A DNA stretch of 64,000 nt from positions 14,570,001 to 14,634,000 of the forward strand of contig JBHGNT010000007.1 in NCBI GenBank assembly GCA_043228905.1. Direction: 5' to 3'. Made by a program: the position numbers and the translations under genes. Below the pieces are notes generated by a model. That model made no database searches, was not told the DNA's origin, and saw only the letters and a program-made list of their open reading frames with translations. The stretch comes from Azolla caroliniana (taxonomy: Eukaryota; Plantae; Polypodiophyta). This document shows, piece after piece, positions 14,559 through 27,700 of this stretch. Position 1 is the first letter of the stretch. Every line of letters begins with the position of its first letter.

Positions 14559-17500
14559 GAATATAGGGGCGCGGCAGTGGCCGCATGTGAAGCCATATGG
14601 CTCAAAAGGATACTCAAGGATCTGGGTGTACCCATCAAGGATCTGACTTCCCTTTACTACGACAACATGAGCAGTATCTATCTGGCTCGGAACCCGGTGT
14701 TCCACACGCGGACAAAGCACATCGAAGTGCACTATCACTTCATCCGAGAGCGCTTTCTAGCTGGCGATGTCGACCTACAACACATTAGCACCAATCTTCA
14801 AATGGCCGACATCTTCACTAAAGCCTTAGGAGCCGACAAGCTATGGCAATTCATGACTGATCTCGGATTGACGATCCCTGACCTGCCAAGCTTGAGGGGG
14901 AGCACTGAAGACATTATGCAATAACGTGTGGATTCCGCAAATCATGCACACTACGCAAAGCCATGAAGAGCCAATCTACCGCGCAAAGCCGCGAAGAAAG
15001 ACGCAAGCCGAAGCACAGACTTCGCAACTACGCACAACGCAAGCTGGAGCACGGATTCCACAACTCCGCATAAACGTGAGTCGATGCGGACTCCGGAACG
15101 CGAGTTGAAGCGGATTTCGGATACCATCTGAAACTGACCCGACTTGCGCTTGAGGGGGCGTGTTGAGAATCAAGCTCAACTTGGTCTAGTGTGTGAACTC
15201 ATCTTGAGAATGAATAGACACTCCAACAGTCAGGAGTCACCATTATGTCACCTGTTTATATTCTAGCATTTAGTATGAGTCATAGAATCATATTCTATGA
15301 CACATAACTTATGAGCTTTCACATTCCCCATGCTCCATGAGTCTTGTAGTTAATGAAGAGAGAGGGTGACTATATAAAGCACCCTCCTCCCACCTTGTAT
15401 TGTGTTGAGTCTTTCTCCTTTGTTAATATACTTTTACTTTGTGTATTCTGTGTGTAGTATTCCTTGCCTCTCTCACTCTCGAGCTCTCTCTCTCATACAC
15501 ACACAAAACTCACATCTCTTCTACTTCACAAGAATCATATCTGATTCTTTACACTCATGTATAACCCTAATTTTCCATACGGAAGCTATATCTCGCAAAA
15601 ACCCTAACCCTATGTTTTTTCTTTTCGAAGCCTCATAATTCCTAAACTTTTATAATCCGAATCTCGGGATAGATTGTAATTTTTCTCTTTCTTTACTAAT
15701 AAAATTTATCAAACTTTGTCATATCAGTTAATTCTTAATACAAAAACACACGAATTTGATATCCTCTACTCGGAGGCCACGGGGTCCTGCCTCAAGTTCA
15801 CATGTCTTCGTCGTATTTTCACGACACCGGTTGAGGAAAAAACCGGCTTTGTAGAAGCCGGGTGCCAGAACTACAAGGTTCTGGTCGACAACAAGCGGGT
15901 CAGAAAGACCAGAGGAGTGGGCCCTTCGAGGAGGTATGACACCTAGAGCAAACCTAAGAAGAGCGATGTTACTCCGGTTGGATCTCAAGAAAGAGAAAGG
16001 GGAAAGGTTCCAAGCTTCCGGTTAAGCTCGAAAATCGAGAAAACGACGGACCTACGAAAGGTCTTGGAGGAGCGAATCCTTGATAGTCGCGTAGAACTCA
16101 CAATGAGAGAAGTGCTAGGCATAACAAGGAAAGAGTTACACAACGGCATCTTGGATCTCGTAAAAAGGAAACGGCTCGCGACAGAGTCAGAACCGGTGCA
16201 ACACTGCTCGACGAGCTGGTCGCACAGGTGGAAGATACGCGCGACTACACGAGTCAGGGAGGAGTTACACGGGGCTTGCCCGAATGTTTGAGTAAGGCTT
16301 GGTGATTTCAAGATAGACCAGTACTTTTTCGTGTTAGAGACATCCTCCCATCCGGTAATCCTCGGAGAACCATACATCACAGCATCGCGAATGGAAACCA
16401 AAGTGTTGGACAATGGTTCGGCCTATGCGAGGGTGAAGAGTCAGGACGGCCATCACTCCATTTTGTTCCTGGTAGTACGACATAACCATGAGTGTAATAG
16501 GGACACTCTCGACAATGTAGCTTGAGAGGATTTTTAAAATGGCTATCAAGGCATGGGGCCACGATAGTTCGAACGACCGGAGCAAACCCCACAACTGTAC
16601 TATAGGTAGGAAAATTTTGTTCTCCGACAACGGAGGTTGTACATAACCGATATTAATGGCCGGAACAAGAAACAAGTCGAAGGGCGCTTGAAAGCGTGCG
16701 GAGCCTTTGGCCACGATGATGAGATTGGCAACGTCGTGGAGGCGGTCTCATTCGATGACACCCTTGGGGAGATCGAGAGGGTAGTAGAAAGGGTTCTAAG
16801 TGAAGACCATGCCATATCGGTTAATTCAGTTGAGATGTATGAAGTCATCGTGAACTTCGAGAGGGAAATTGGGGCGCATCGACCACCCGCATGGACACAA
16901 AGTACAAGACTGTGGACCGGGAGGTGAAGCCAGTGTGGCTCCCTTGCCAGAGGGCAACTGGGAACGAATAAAGGGGGTCTCTACCGACCCAAGCTTGCGA
17001 GATCCGGCCGGCATAAGACACCGGTTCACCGACAAGACGCTATGAGAGGTGAAGATCGGTGGGGGTGGCTTCCTTCTACCAGCCGAAGAGGACTGCTTTA
17101 TGAGGGTGCTCGAGAGGCACAGGAAAGCCTTCGCATTCTCGATGGTAATCTTCACGGGACCGCACGTGACGTGGAGTCTCTAGCGGAGGCCAGAAGATGT
17201 GGACCAAGCAACGGTGAGAATGGAAGAAGCGCAAACCAGGAACAAAGCCCGGTTCGACAAGACGCACCAACTCCGACCGAGGAAGGCGATTGGGTGCTAG
17301 TCTACAACAACAGTCTCAACAACCAGCATCGGTCCATGCGTAAGTTTGCAAAGCGTTGGTTCGGGCCATACGTACTCACCAGTGCGAACAACAACGTAAC
17401 ATACTACCTCGCGGAGCTCGACAGGACCAGAATAGCGACGCCAGTAGCAGAGGAGCGGATAAAGGCCTTCAAGAAGCAGCACGAAGCGGAACCAGACCCG

Positions 17501-17943
17501 GCGTTGGGGATTGAAGGCCACATTTCGAACGAGGAGGACGAGTAAACGCTAGCCCGAAAATCTTCCACTAAACTCACTACCTGTCACATGCCAAAGGATG
17601 TGCAGTTTGATGGAGATGGATGTCGTCAAGATTTCAGGCCATAAGGGGAAACATAGCCAAATGCGTGTGAACGCGGTTGTGCACAAGTGCACCCCCTTTT
17701 GTACTAACATGTGTAAATACTAAGTAATGATAGGGTTTTGGTGATTACTAGGAAATGAGGCTTTAATAGGTGCTCTAATATGACGCAGGTGGAGGAGAAA
17801 ATCAAGAAGAGCATCAAGCAGGATAACAAAAGGTCATTAAAACCTGATGTAACGGTCGTCCCTTGCGATATAAATGGGGCGGCCCCAAATTGTTTTAGGG
17901 ATTCAGATTTTAGGAGAAGGAAACTCTGTCGTTCAGAGTACCG

Positions 17944-17946
<3 letters not shown>

Positions 17947-18007
<61 letters not shown>
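17947..18007 (+). repeat. (CT)30 microsatellite, LINE-b insertion site
   Basis: Perfect dinucleotide run directly 5' of the LINE-b ORF1 remnant. Confidence 0.95.
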
Positions 18008-18009
<2 letters not shown>

Positions 18010-21000
18010 AGGAGAAGAATATAGAAAGCATAGATGTCTGAGAATTGAAAGAACGTGAACGACGATCAAAGAACATTGTCGTCCGTGGGATTAAAGAAGA
18101 GAGTATGGAAACACTCGCATCCCTTGGAAAGGCCATTGGTGAATTTTTTAGCATGCATTATGGGATGTCAGATGTGAATGTATATGGGGCACACCGAGTT
18201 GGGAAACATGGTGTTACTCGCTCCGGAGAAAGGCCTATTGTATGCACAATGACAGATGATACAAAGCGGTGGATCATACTCGAAAATAGTTGGGTATACC
18301 TCAAAGGTACACAATGCTTTGTGAGTGAAGATCATACTATCTCACAACAAAATGCTCGTCGTAAAGCATATGAAGAAAGATTGAAAAACAAGGTTAAGAA
18401 TATGCCTAAAGATGGAAATGTAGGCAAATAGGGACACGTGATCTATGAGACTAACCCACGCCTTTTACGACTATGCTTTTGGAATTGCAATGGATACCCA
18501 TGGAATGCGGGATTTGGCATAGAGGAGTTCACCGATGACTCGGATATCACACTTCTTGTTGAAACATGGGAGCATGATACTCAAAGGATTCAAGGTTTAG
18601 GAAACTATAATGTACACTCTTTGATATGGAAGAAAAATCCAAGACAAAGAAGAGGACAAGGAGGGGTGGCATGTTTGATTAAGAAGGAAATAGAGAAATA
18701 TGTGTCAATCATAAAAAATGATGAAAATAAAGGCTACATATGGCTCAAAATAGAAACACCTAATGATATGCCCACTTTTGTAATTGGATGTTACATTCCT
18801 CATCAAGATTCTAACTTTTATGCTTGTTTGGATAAAGATCAACCGTTTGCCAATCTAGAAGATGATATTGCTTATTTCAAATCCAAAGGGGAAGTTATTA
18901 TCTTTGGTGACATGAATGCTCGTACAAGAAGTTTCCAACTTGATTCACAAGAATCTTTCATGCCACATATCTCAAGGATGCAAGAGGATAGGAAAATGTA
19001 TAACCACTCTTCTAGCGATGAAAAAGATCCAGACCAATTTGGGAAGTTACTCCTACAAATGTGCAATAGTACCGGATTGCTTTTTGCAAATGGTATTTCC
19101 TTATGGCCCAACACTAATGGTTTTACATGTAGAAAACACAACGGAAATAGTGTGATGGACTATGTGCTACTTTACGAAGGCATTTTGGATCGTATACATA
19201 AATTCTCACTTGGTGAATGGACACCGGAATCCGATCATATGCCCTTATGTATTGATCTCAAATGTATGCATAGGTTTGATTGTGAGAAGGCTATTGAAGA
19301 TAATAAACAGCCGCACTTGAGCATGAACCTTAAGCGAGCACCCATGTATTCCAAGATGGTTGAGGATATGTTACAAATGACAAAGATACAACATGGTGCC
19401 ACACTAGAATGCAAATGGGAAGCTTTCAAGGAAGTCATTCTCTCATGTACAAACAAATGTTTTTCGACCAACCGCACATCTTGGAAATGCACCAAGAAAC
19501 TTAGGAAAAAATGGTTTGATAAAGAATGTCGTGAAGCTCGAAAGTGCCTTATGGTTTTGGATGTAGTTAAGGATAAAGAGAATTACCAAAAGCATTTGCA
19601 TGAGTATAAAAGGCTTATTCAAAGAAAGAGAAGAATATGGGAAGTTACACAACAATTTATCCAAACGCAAGAGAAAGCACATGCATGTGCTAAATTTTGG
19701 GGAAATCTAAAGGGAAAACGTGTTAAGAGTTATGGTGACTTAACTCTTCATGACTTGTCTATGCATTGTAAGAATTTATATGTTGCAGGAAAGATGATGT
19801 GTTATGGTTCTCTTTCACATATGCCTCCCTTCTTTACAATTGAAGATATATGCATAGGACTTAAGAAATTGGCCTCTCGAAAGGCAAGCGATCTTCAATG
19901 TATAAAGGCTGAAATGCTCAAATGGATGGGAAAGGAAGCACATATATGGATAAGAGATATGTTTAATGATGCATTGCAACATGGTATGCCGTACGATTGG
20001 ACTACAAATTGGATCAAACCTTTACATAAAGGTGGAGATATAAATAATGTAAACAACTATCGAACCATTATGGTTGGCTCATTAATGGCAAACCTATTTG
20101 GATGTATAATGGAATCAAAGATAAGTGTATGGGCTGAAAAAAGTGGTAAGAGAGCTTATGGACAAGCTGGCTTTCGGAATCACCATAGCACCATTGATCA
20201 CCTTATCACCCTTCGAGTATTAATGGAGGAAAGTCGCCTTAGAGGTAAAGGTTTATATTGTTGCTTTGTAGAATTCAAGAAAGCTTTCGATATGGTACCT
20301 TGTGAGCATCTTTGGAGGCGAATGGAAGAACTTGAGGTGCCAAGTGAATATATGCTTGCAATTTCCTAAATTTATGAGAAGGTTATATTTTTTGTGCGCA
20401 TGAGAGATAAACTTTTAGATTTTTTCAAAAGCACTATTGGTGTTAAGCAAGGATGCCCACTCTCACCAACACTATTTGGTCTATGCATTGATGATTTGGA
20501 AGAAATGGTTACCAAGTTTGCAAAGGAAGAATGTGTTGAAGAAGTTGCCATTGGGAATGTTGTGATTATGCTTTTGCTATATGCAGATGATGTAGTGCTT
20601 TTTGCAAATACTTTAGGAGATGCACAAAAGCTTATGAAGGCATTGGAAAAAATTTGCATGCATACTAAATTAAGTGTCAATAGCTCTAAAACAAAGATTA
20701 TGCTTGTGAAGAGCCAAAAAGGAGATAAACCATGCATTATGTACAACAATGAGCCACTTGAATGTGTGGAAAGCTTCAAATATCTTGGCCTTGAAGTTCC
20801 TTCAAATCATAGATGGAATGAATGTGCTACACGCCGCTTAGAGGTGGGCAAGCGAGCATACTATGCATTTGAGAACACATGCAATCTTGGAGATATTAAG
20901 TGTTGGGTCCTCAAGAAATATCTTTTCGACACTTTGGTGACATCGGTTCTTCTCTATGGAGTGGAAGTATGGGGCGGTAGCATCCCTAAATCTATGTGGA

Positions 21001-21866
21001 AAGAGTTTGAAAATGTCCAAAAGCATTTTCTTACCAAGTTAAGAAACAAACGCCCTCCTCCTTGAGACGGGATCGCTTCCCATTGAGATCATGGCCATTC
21101 AAAGGGTTGTTGAATACATGCTTAAGGTTCAAAAAAGTCCCTCACATCGACTTCCTAGAATTGCGTGGGAAGCAATCAAAAAGATCCAAAAGACGCATCA
21201 AAGCAAAATTTTGTGTTCCGGTTGGATACAAGATATAGAAAAATGGTTTGGTAGATGGGATGCAAGACACTTGCTTCATGATGCATCATTAGATTCCTTT
21301 GTAAATGAGCCATTTTTGCAACGCCAATGTATCATGACATGGGACAAATGTGGAGGCTCACGCTTCACGCATTATACTACACATGTTGCACCTAACTACA
21401 AAACCATATTCTTTGCGGAACGGGGAAATCGTACACATCCATACATGTTAGAGCCCATACTATTATCTACCATTCGAACCATTGCTTCCATGCGACTTAG
21501 CTCACATGCATTGCGATGTGAAACAGGGCGTTGGGGTACAAGTGATGAGAGTGGTCGGGTATGCACACTTTGCCCTAAACAAGTTCGCGAGTCTCAGTAT
21601 CACACTTTGATACAATGCTCTGGCTTTGATCATATTCGACCATGCTTTCCACATCTCTTCAATCGAGCCCAATCTTTGCATGAATTCCTCTCACAACCAC
21701 AATGTGCACTCTCGATTGCAACATTCATTAGTAAAGTTCTTGAACATCAAGAGTCACTACTCACTTTCACACGTATCACGTGAAATGTAATATTTTTGGT
21801 CTCATAGGTCATATTTGACCTCTGAAGACGATAATATAATCTATCTATCTATCTATCTATCTATCT
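18008..21866 (+). mobile_element. Non-LTR retrotransposon LINE-b (RTE-X/L2-group-like), 5'-truncated within ORF1, ORF2 nearly intact
   Basis: ORF1 C-terminus 18045-18431 (RRSKNIVVRG, HRVG, RPIV, VSED); ORF2 APE motifs (WNCNG, ETW, GGVA, GDMNA, DY, SDH); RT (QAGFR, GVKQGCPLSP, LLYADD); C-terminal RLSSH.L..ETGR..CTLC; (TATC)n tail ~21839-21866. Confidence 0.92.
18438..21783 (+). pseudogene. LINE-b ORF2 (APE-RT-Cys/His domain), one stop at ~20367 and a frameshift near 21050
   Basis: ORFs 18438-20369, 20394-21065, 21091-21783. Confidence 0.9.
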
Positions 21867-22251
21867 CCGATTACAACCGACGACCGAACTCCGGAAGGTG
21901 CATCCTCTGCTCACGTCAGACGCCCACTTGCTCCCGACTAGAGGATCATCACTCTGTGTGTGTTTACAGTAGATCTCGAAGCTCTATTCCCGGCTCAGAC
22001 CAGTTGTACTCCCTACGCATCACGTGCATGTTAACTACTATTGTTAATCTATTCTGTTTTCTTGTGTTGCAATTCCGTCATATCGCCCTGTAACGGTGAC
22101 CTACGACCGTCTCACTCCTGTCCCTCTCTATTATTTCTACGGTCTACGTGTACGCAACGCGAGGGATATTCCTCCCTTTTGCTTGATTCCTTGGTTCAAG
22201 ACACCTGTGGTCCTACCCCATTTCTACGCATCCGCACGGAATTCCGCGACA

Positions 22252-23409
22252 GTGTATTGTACTTTCATAACATGAAAGTCAAGCTTCTCCATATATAATC
22301 ACTTACGTTTAAATGGAGTTGCATTTGCTGCACAAAATGATCATTAAGAAAATTGTGAGAACTACAGGAATCAAACAAGAAATGTGTTTGTGCTCCATTG
22401 ATATACCCGACTGCTCGGAGTAAATCATTAGGTCCAAGTAAATGTGAAGGAAAAGTGCATTCACATGAACTTCAGTGGTTGCTAGGAACTTCAATAACAT
22501 CAAAAGACTTACTTGTGTGACTCGTATATTTGTCTTGAGGAGGGGTATTCATTGATTTCCTCTCAAGACAACGACAAGTATCCTTTGTGTGGCCCCGCTT
22601 CTTGCAATATGCACAGAAGAGGTTCGGTTTCTTGGAGCCGCGGTCAAGAGTGTCACTGGATTGCTTACATTTCCCAATGAACTTGACATTTGGACTTTGG
22701 GTGAACTCAGGTTTATTGTTGTCATTCTTGGAAGTCCTATGGTACCAAAGTACAATATCATGGGCTCCTTGTCGTGGAAAATCCAATGGTAATCCCCATT
22801 GGGAATACCATTCAAAAAACAAGCAAACAAACATTTCTCACCCGTAAGTCCCGATTTTTGGATCTGGGTCCAACCATGATGCACATAATCCTCGAGAGTA
22901 AATGGCTTACTCGACAACATGAGCAAGTGTTGCGCTTGTTCAGTTTGAGAAGGTGGTTGCAAGAATTGTTTCTTAAAAACATCCACAATACCTTCCCAAG
23001 TTGTGGGTAACGTCTTTGCAATCCTTACGCCACACCACCAAGTAGCAGCTCGGCCACCTAACTCACGACCGACATAATCAATTTTTACAGCATCGGGCTT
23101 GGGGTGGAGCTCAAAGTGAGACTCCCAACGACCAAGCCAAGTGCTAATGGCCTCCTCGGTTCTTTCTTTCTTATCTCCCTTGAATGGTGTTACTACGAAA
23201 GAAGGTTCACCTTCTTTCGTGGACTCAATAGTCAATTCTTGGAGTTTCTTTTCCAATGCCGTATTGGCCTGCCACATTTCAGCCAATTGATTCAAGGTAG
23301 TAGTGAGCAATTGCTCAATAGTGATCTCAGCTTGTGTGCAAGATGCAGATTGGAGTTGAGAGGTCTCAGTTGGAGAGATCACTCCAACAACGTTCAAAAC
23401 TTGTTCCAT
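22252..23409 (-). pseudogene. Gypsy gag-protease fragment (host of Gypsy A)
   Basis: ORF 22549-23409 (W..RWE..F, L.G.AATWW, TWE..F...F) and zinc knuckle CAYCKKRGHTKDTC (22472-22834); VNALF protease remnant. Confidence 0.75.
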
Positions 23410-24339
23410 GATGCAAGATGTGGGTATGCAATATAAATAAGGAGGTTCAGAAAATACACAAGCAAAATGAATGCTTGAAATTTGATTGTAAGAACTTTAC
23501 CAAGAAAGCATCTTACGTCTTTACCCCTCTAGACATATGAGATGTGATTCGAGAGTTGATAACTATGGTAACACTATGGTGTTTTAAAAACCATTGGGAA
23601 AACATAGCTAAGATGTCTTTCTCAGATCTCTATCTTGAATAATCATGGCGGCTCCCCGAGGCTCAACCATGGTTCTAACATCAATGTAGTTTCCTAGTTA
23701 GCCTTATATTAGAATGCCAACTCAACATGTATTGATATGGTTGAGAAAGTGTATTATGTGAAAAAACAAGTGCACCGCAAGCAATATTCTAGTCTTGCAA
23801 GTAACAAGCAAATGTTATGATAAAAACGATAAAATAAGGCACTACCCATAAGAATCAAGTAGTGACGAAAACAAGGGTCAAAAACCCCATGTGCTACCTA
23901 CTCAAAAAATGTCACAAATAATTGGATGGTGGGAGGTATGCACATATACACCCCAATATTGTGGTTGTAATTTGCACAATTGTGACATAAGCCACAAATT
24001 GATACAAATGGTGGTGGTGTTGTACGCAAAGATGTAGTACTCAAATTTATGAGTAAAACATCAATAGGGGAACTCATGTGTTTTTAATCAAGTTCTAAGG
24101 CTCGATTACATGAGTCAAACCTAGAGAACACTTTGGAAAAAATGTTAAAAATGCGGCATGATGCCCACTCAATATTAAAAAATAGTCTACATGAATTGTT
24201 ACACCATTAAACCTACATAAATAGTGCAGATGAACTTAAAAAAAGGGCAAGAAAGAGAGTAGAGTGGCATAGGTAGGCGACATACACATCGTCAAGACCA
24301 CAACATCCCATAGAATCAGCCAAGTGATGGCTCAATAAA

Positions 24340-24795
24340 GGGAAGAGTGACATACTCAACATCATATGCAAAAGGGACATGAGGTGAGCATGTGTGTTAG
24401 GGCAAACACGCTCGACCCGATGCACAAGAATAATTATTATCGTAAGAGATGGCTCAAGAGAGGGGAGAGTGGGAGATACATCGCAATATGCAAAAGGGCC
24501 ATGAGTTGAGTGTGTGCGATTAGTGCAAACACGCTAGACCCAATGCATAAGTAGATTAACATTGTATCATGGTAGAAAGAAGAAAGAAAGAAAAGAAAAC
24601 GTAATACAAATTTGATTCGACCAAGAAGAACGCATCATAGAATAGGAGAGAGAGATCGAGGAAGAAGAATACCGGGTTAAGAATGTTGTTTTGATCCTAT
24701 GAAGAGCATGACGAGCCTTGTTAGATCCCCATCGCTCACACACAAAAAACATCAAAACAAAACAAAGAAATTGTTAGTAAATGCTTTGATACCAC
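24340..24795 (-). mobile_element. Probable old LTR-element remnant with ~120-bp tandem duplication and tRNA-iMet PBS
   Basis: rc PBS GCTTTGATACCA 24783-24794; two diverged copies at ~24340-24440 and ~24461-24560. Confidence 0.4.
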
Positions 24796-27700
24796 TATTA
24801 AGAGTCTATTACTAATCAATAAACCAAACTAAAGTAAAAGAAGGAAAATATATTGGATAGAAGAACCCGTTCCACTCGACCACCCCCGAGCTATGATCTA
24901 GACATAGCCATACCACTGACGTCCCATACCGTCGGATATTAGGATGAATCATACCTTGGAAGAGATAAACATGATCGTCAAGACAAAAACGTAGCCCGCA
25001 CCACCGGTGTCTAAGACAGCAGCAGCCTTTCGACATAATGTCCTTATGAGGGTAACTAAGCCTCATATTTATATCTTTTCCTAGGCCCCTTGAATAGTCG
25101 TGCCTTTCTAAACGGCACTCCATTCATTGGCTGTCCAAATCATGACAGTGCATGCACCTATCATTCCTTCTATTCAATCACATTAGTCCCCTTTTTAACA
25201 TTAGTGAACATACCCTTCACTTATGTAAATATTAGTGACCTACCCTCACATACGTTATATGTACATAACACCACTGTGACACCCCCGGAAGATAATGGAA
25301 ATAAAGAGACTCCTCGAGAATGTCGCAACAACATAACTCGTGCAACAACCCAAGATGACACACAACGATTGGGACCTATTACGGGTAGCCATGATTCGGA
25401 ATTTCACACATCAAGACTCTCGTGAGACGGCCCTACAACAACTCGAGGCAATCACCCAATAGCTACACAAACCCATCACCCAGTTCGCAGTTTGGTTTGT
25501 GCAGATCCTATGGCAGGCTGACCCAAACATGTCGAAAGACATGAAGTTGTTCTTCTTCTGGCTGCGCATCAGGCACGACCTCCGCTGTTGGGTACGCGAT
25601 CAAGGCCCAAAGACACTACATGAAGCCATCCTCACTGCCCAATGTATCGAAGCTGTAGACGCCCACAACCTGCACACAGCAAGTAATCTCAGTCACGATC
25701 ATACAGACACCACGCCAACTGCCACTCCCATGGACATTGACGTCCAAAATGTGTAGTTATGTGCCACGCATACCTTGCCCGAATGAGATAGCCAGGGACA
25801 CCCCAAATGTTTCTACTGCAACAACTACGGCCACATCCGGCATCACTACAAGAAGTGGCAAAACCAACAACAGAAGTAGAACGTCCAATTAGCCGCCGCT
25901 GCCTCCTTCTCTAAGCTGCCGGAAAACTAATCTACGGGATGCCGCAAGGAGAGCCACCCCTGCACGTCCACGCTCCACGTCATCAACTTCTCCCATCTAT
26001 ACCACGCTCGCCCGCCTCCAGCAAACGACCCGAGAAATCTCGAGTACAACAGCAACATCTCTTCCATCAATGCAGATTTCGTAGCGTAGCAACAAATTCC
26101 CACAAGCCACGCACCGCCCATTAAAATCCTCTTCGGCGACCAGTAGCGGTTTTACCACTCACATACACAAGTCACCTACACACGCACCATCAGTTCCGCC
26201 CAGATCCAACATCGTTTCTACGTCCTCCCATGACAATTGTTCCCAAGCACTCTAGGCTACGATTGGTTCCTCAGTAGCCAGGCCCGCCTCGATTTCTCCT
26301 CGCCGCATCTGATTCTCTCCGATCACGCTCTTCACCAACTTGGGACATACCACCCACATCAGCAACGCATAGTGCCTAGTATCACCGATAGAGCGCATCC
26401 ACGATATTCGACAACTCCTATCTACCTTTCCCTCGTTGTCTGCATCACCTGCACAGCCTCCCTCGGTCCGCTTTCCAATCCACCACCCGATCCCTATAGG
26501 AAACGCCCACCCCATGAGCGTAGCCCCCTGATGACGCTCCCCTCTCAACCACAAGCGCATCGACAACGTCATCAATACTATGCTACAACAAGGAATCATC
26601 ACACCCTCCAAGAGCAAGTGGATCTCCGAACCACACATGGTAAAAAAAGGGGACGGATCTTATTGTTTCTACATGTAGACTTCCGAAAACTGAACCACAT
26701 CACCACCCATGATCGATATCCTCGCCCTCATATTGACGACCTCCTCGACCAGCTTGGCAAATCAATGTACTTATCCTCCCTCGATCTAGCCTCGGGATAC
26801 TGGTAGATCCCCATGAAACTTGAAGACGTCCACAAAACTGTATTCTACACCAGGAAAGGCAATATTCAGTTCACACGGATGCCCTTTGGCCTATCCGACG
26901 CTAGGAGCACATTCCAATGAATGGCTAACGCCATCTTCAATGACCTCATCACCCGTTGCATCATCATCGTCTATCTAAACAATATTCGGATACATACAAG
27001 CACTTGGGCGGAACACCTCCAAGTCCTGCAGGAGGTTCTAAGTCGTGTTCAGCGCTATCAATTGTAGCTACAATGGAAGAAGTTCCACCGGGGTAGTACG
27101 TGTCTCCGCTTCCTCAGGTACGTCATCTCCTCTGACTTCCCCAGCCTCCTCAGATTCTCTCTCTACTTCATTCCACGGCTAGCCGACCTGTCAACCCCAT
27201 TGGGAGCGCTCCTGCAAAAAGACGCACCTTTTCTATGGACCAACGCTTGTGAATCCAGCTTCCTGCAGTTGAACTGAACACTCCAAGCCTCCGACCTATT
27301 GGCACACCCCAATTTCACGAAGCCTTTCCCTCTGCAAACAGATGCTTCCCATGTCGGCCTCAGCCTGGTCCTACTACAATCCGACAGCAACGACCAACTA
27401 CGCCTGATTTCCTACATAATTCGGTCACTTACCAAAGCCGAACGGAAAAAGTGTTTCTCGCCATCGTCTCAACATTCCACCATTTCCACCTGTACCTGCA
27501 CGAATCAAACACATTAGTCAAAACCAACCATTAGCTATTGCTCTCCCTCATACGAAGGCTCACCCAACTATTGCTTACTCCGCTAGGCTTTGGCGCTTCA
27601 AGATTACACGTTCTCTCTATAGTATCGCCGCAGTCCCTAGAACATCGTCATCGATGGATTATCTCGCATATCACTTCAGACAAACCAGGGCGCCTCCTGC

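Larger units (their letters stand above)
9547..15553 (+). mobile_element. Ty1/Copia C, degenerate; U5 of the 5' LTR, PBS and most of gag deleted
   Basis: LTR 9547-~9785 matches 15161-~15395; 3' LTR 15161-15553; TSD CTCAT (9542-9546/15554-15558); PR (WFVDSGAS), INT (HSDVWGP, QQNGVAERKNR), RT (YKARLV, YVDD), RH (HTRTKHIEVHYHF). Confidence 0.92.
8635..15826. mobile_element. Gypsy-type solo LTR (~1.18 kb net) interrupted by Copia C
   Basis: TGTTG...CGACA termini; 4-bp TSD CCGG (8631-8634/15827-15830); internal ACCGGCA-type repeats shared with LTR 33382-34458. Confidence 0.8.
1..22251 (+). mobile_element. Ty3/Gypsy LTR retrotransposon A, internally deleted (most of RT/RH/INT core missing), host to nested insertions; 5' end lies left of window
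   Basis: 1-140 matches ~17810-17946 and 7105-7365 matches 21865-22251 (two LTR copies). 3' LTR starts TGTCG (17621) after purine tract TGGAGATGGA and ends CGACA (22251). Gag-like ORF 7439-8017 (GRFNGKN..YL..Y), protease-region remnant ~16000-16520, integrase C-terminal WFGPY motif in 17042-17545. Confidence 0.85.
17621..22251 (+). repeat. 3' LTR of Gypsy A interrupted at (CT)30 by LINE-b
   Basis: TGTCG...CGACA termini; matches 5' LTR segments. Confidence 0.87.

Noticed and set aside
181-21866. One LINE copied into both LTRs during reverse transcription
   Set aside because: The two LINEs differ in family, 5' end and tail repeat, far more than the LTRs differ from each other
23686-24230. Possible 5' LTR of the minus-strand gag fragment
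   Set aside because: PBS-like motif is too degraded and there is no partner LTR or TSD in the window
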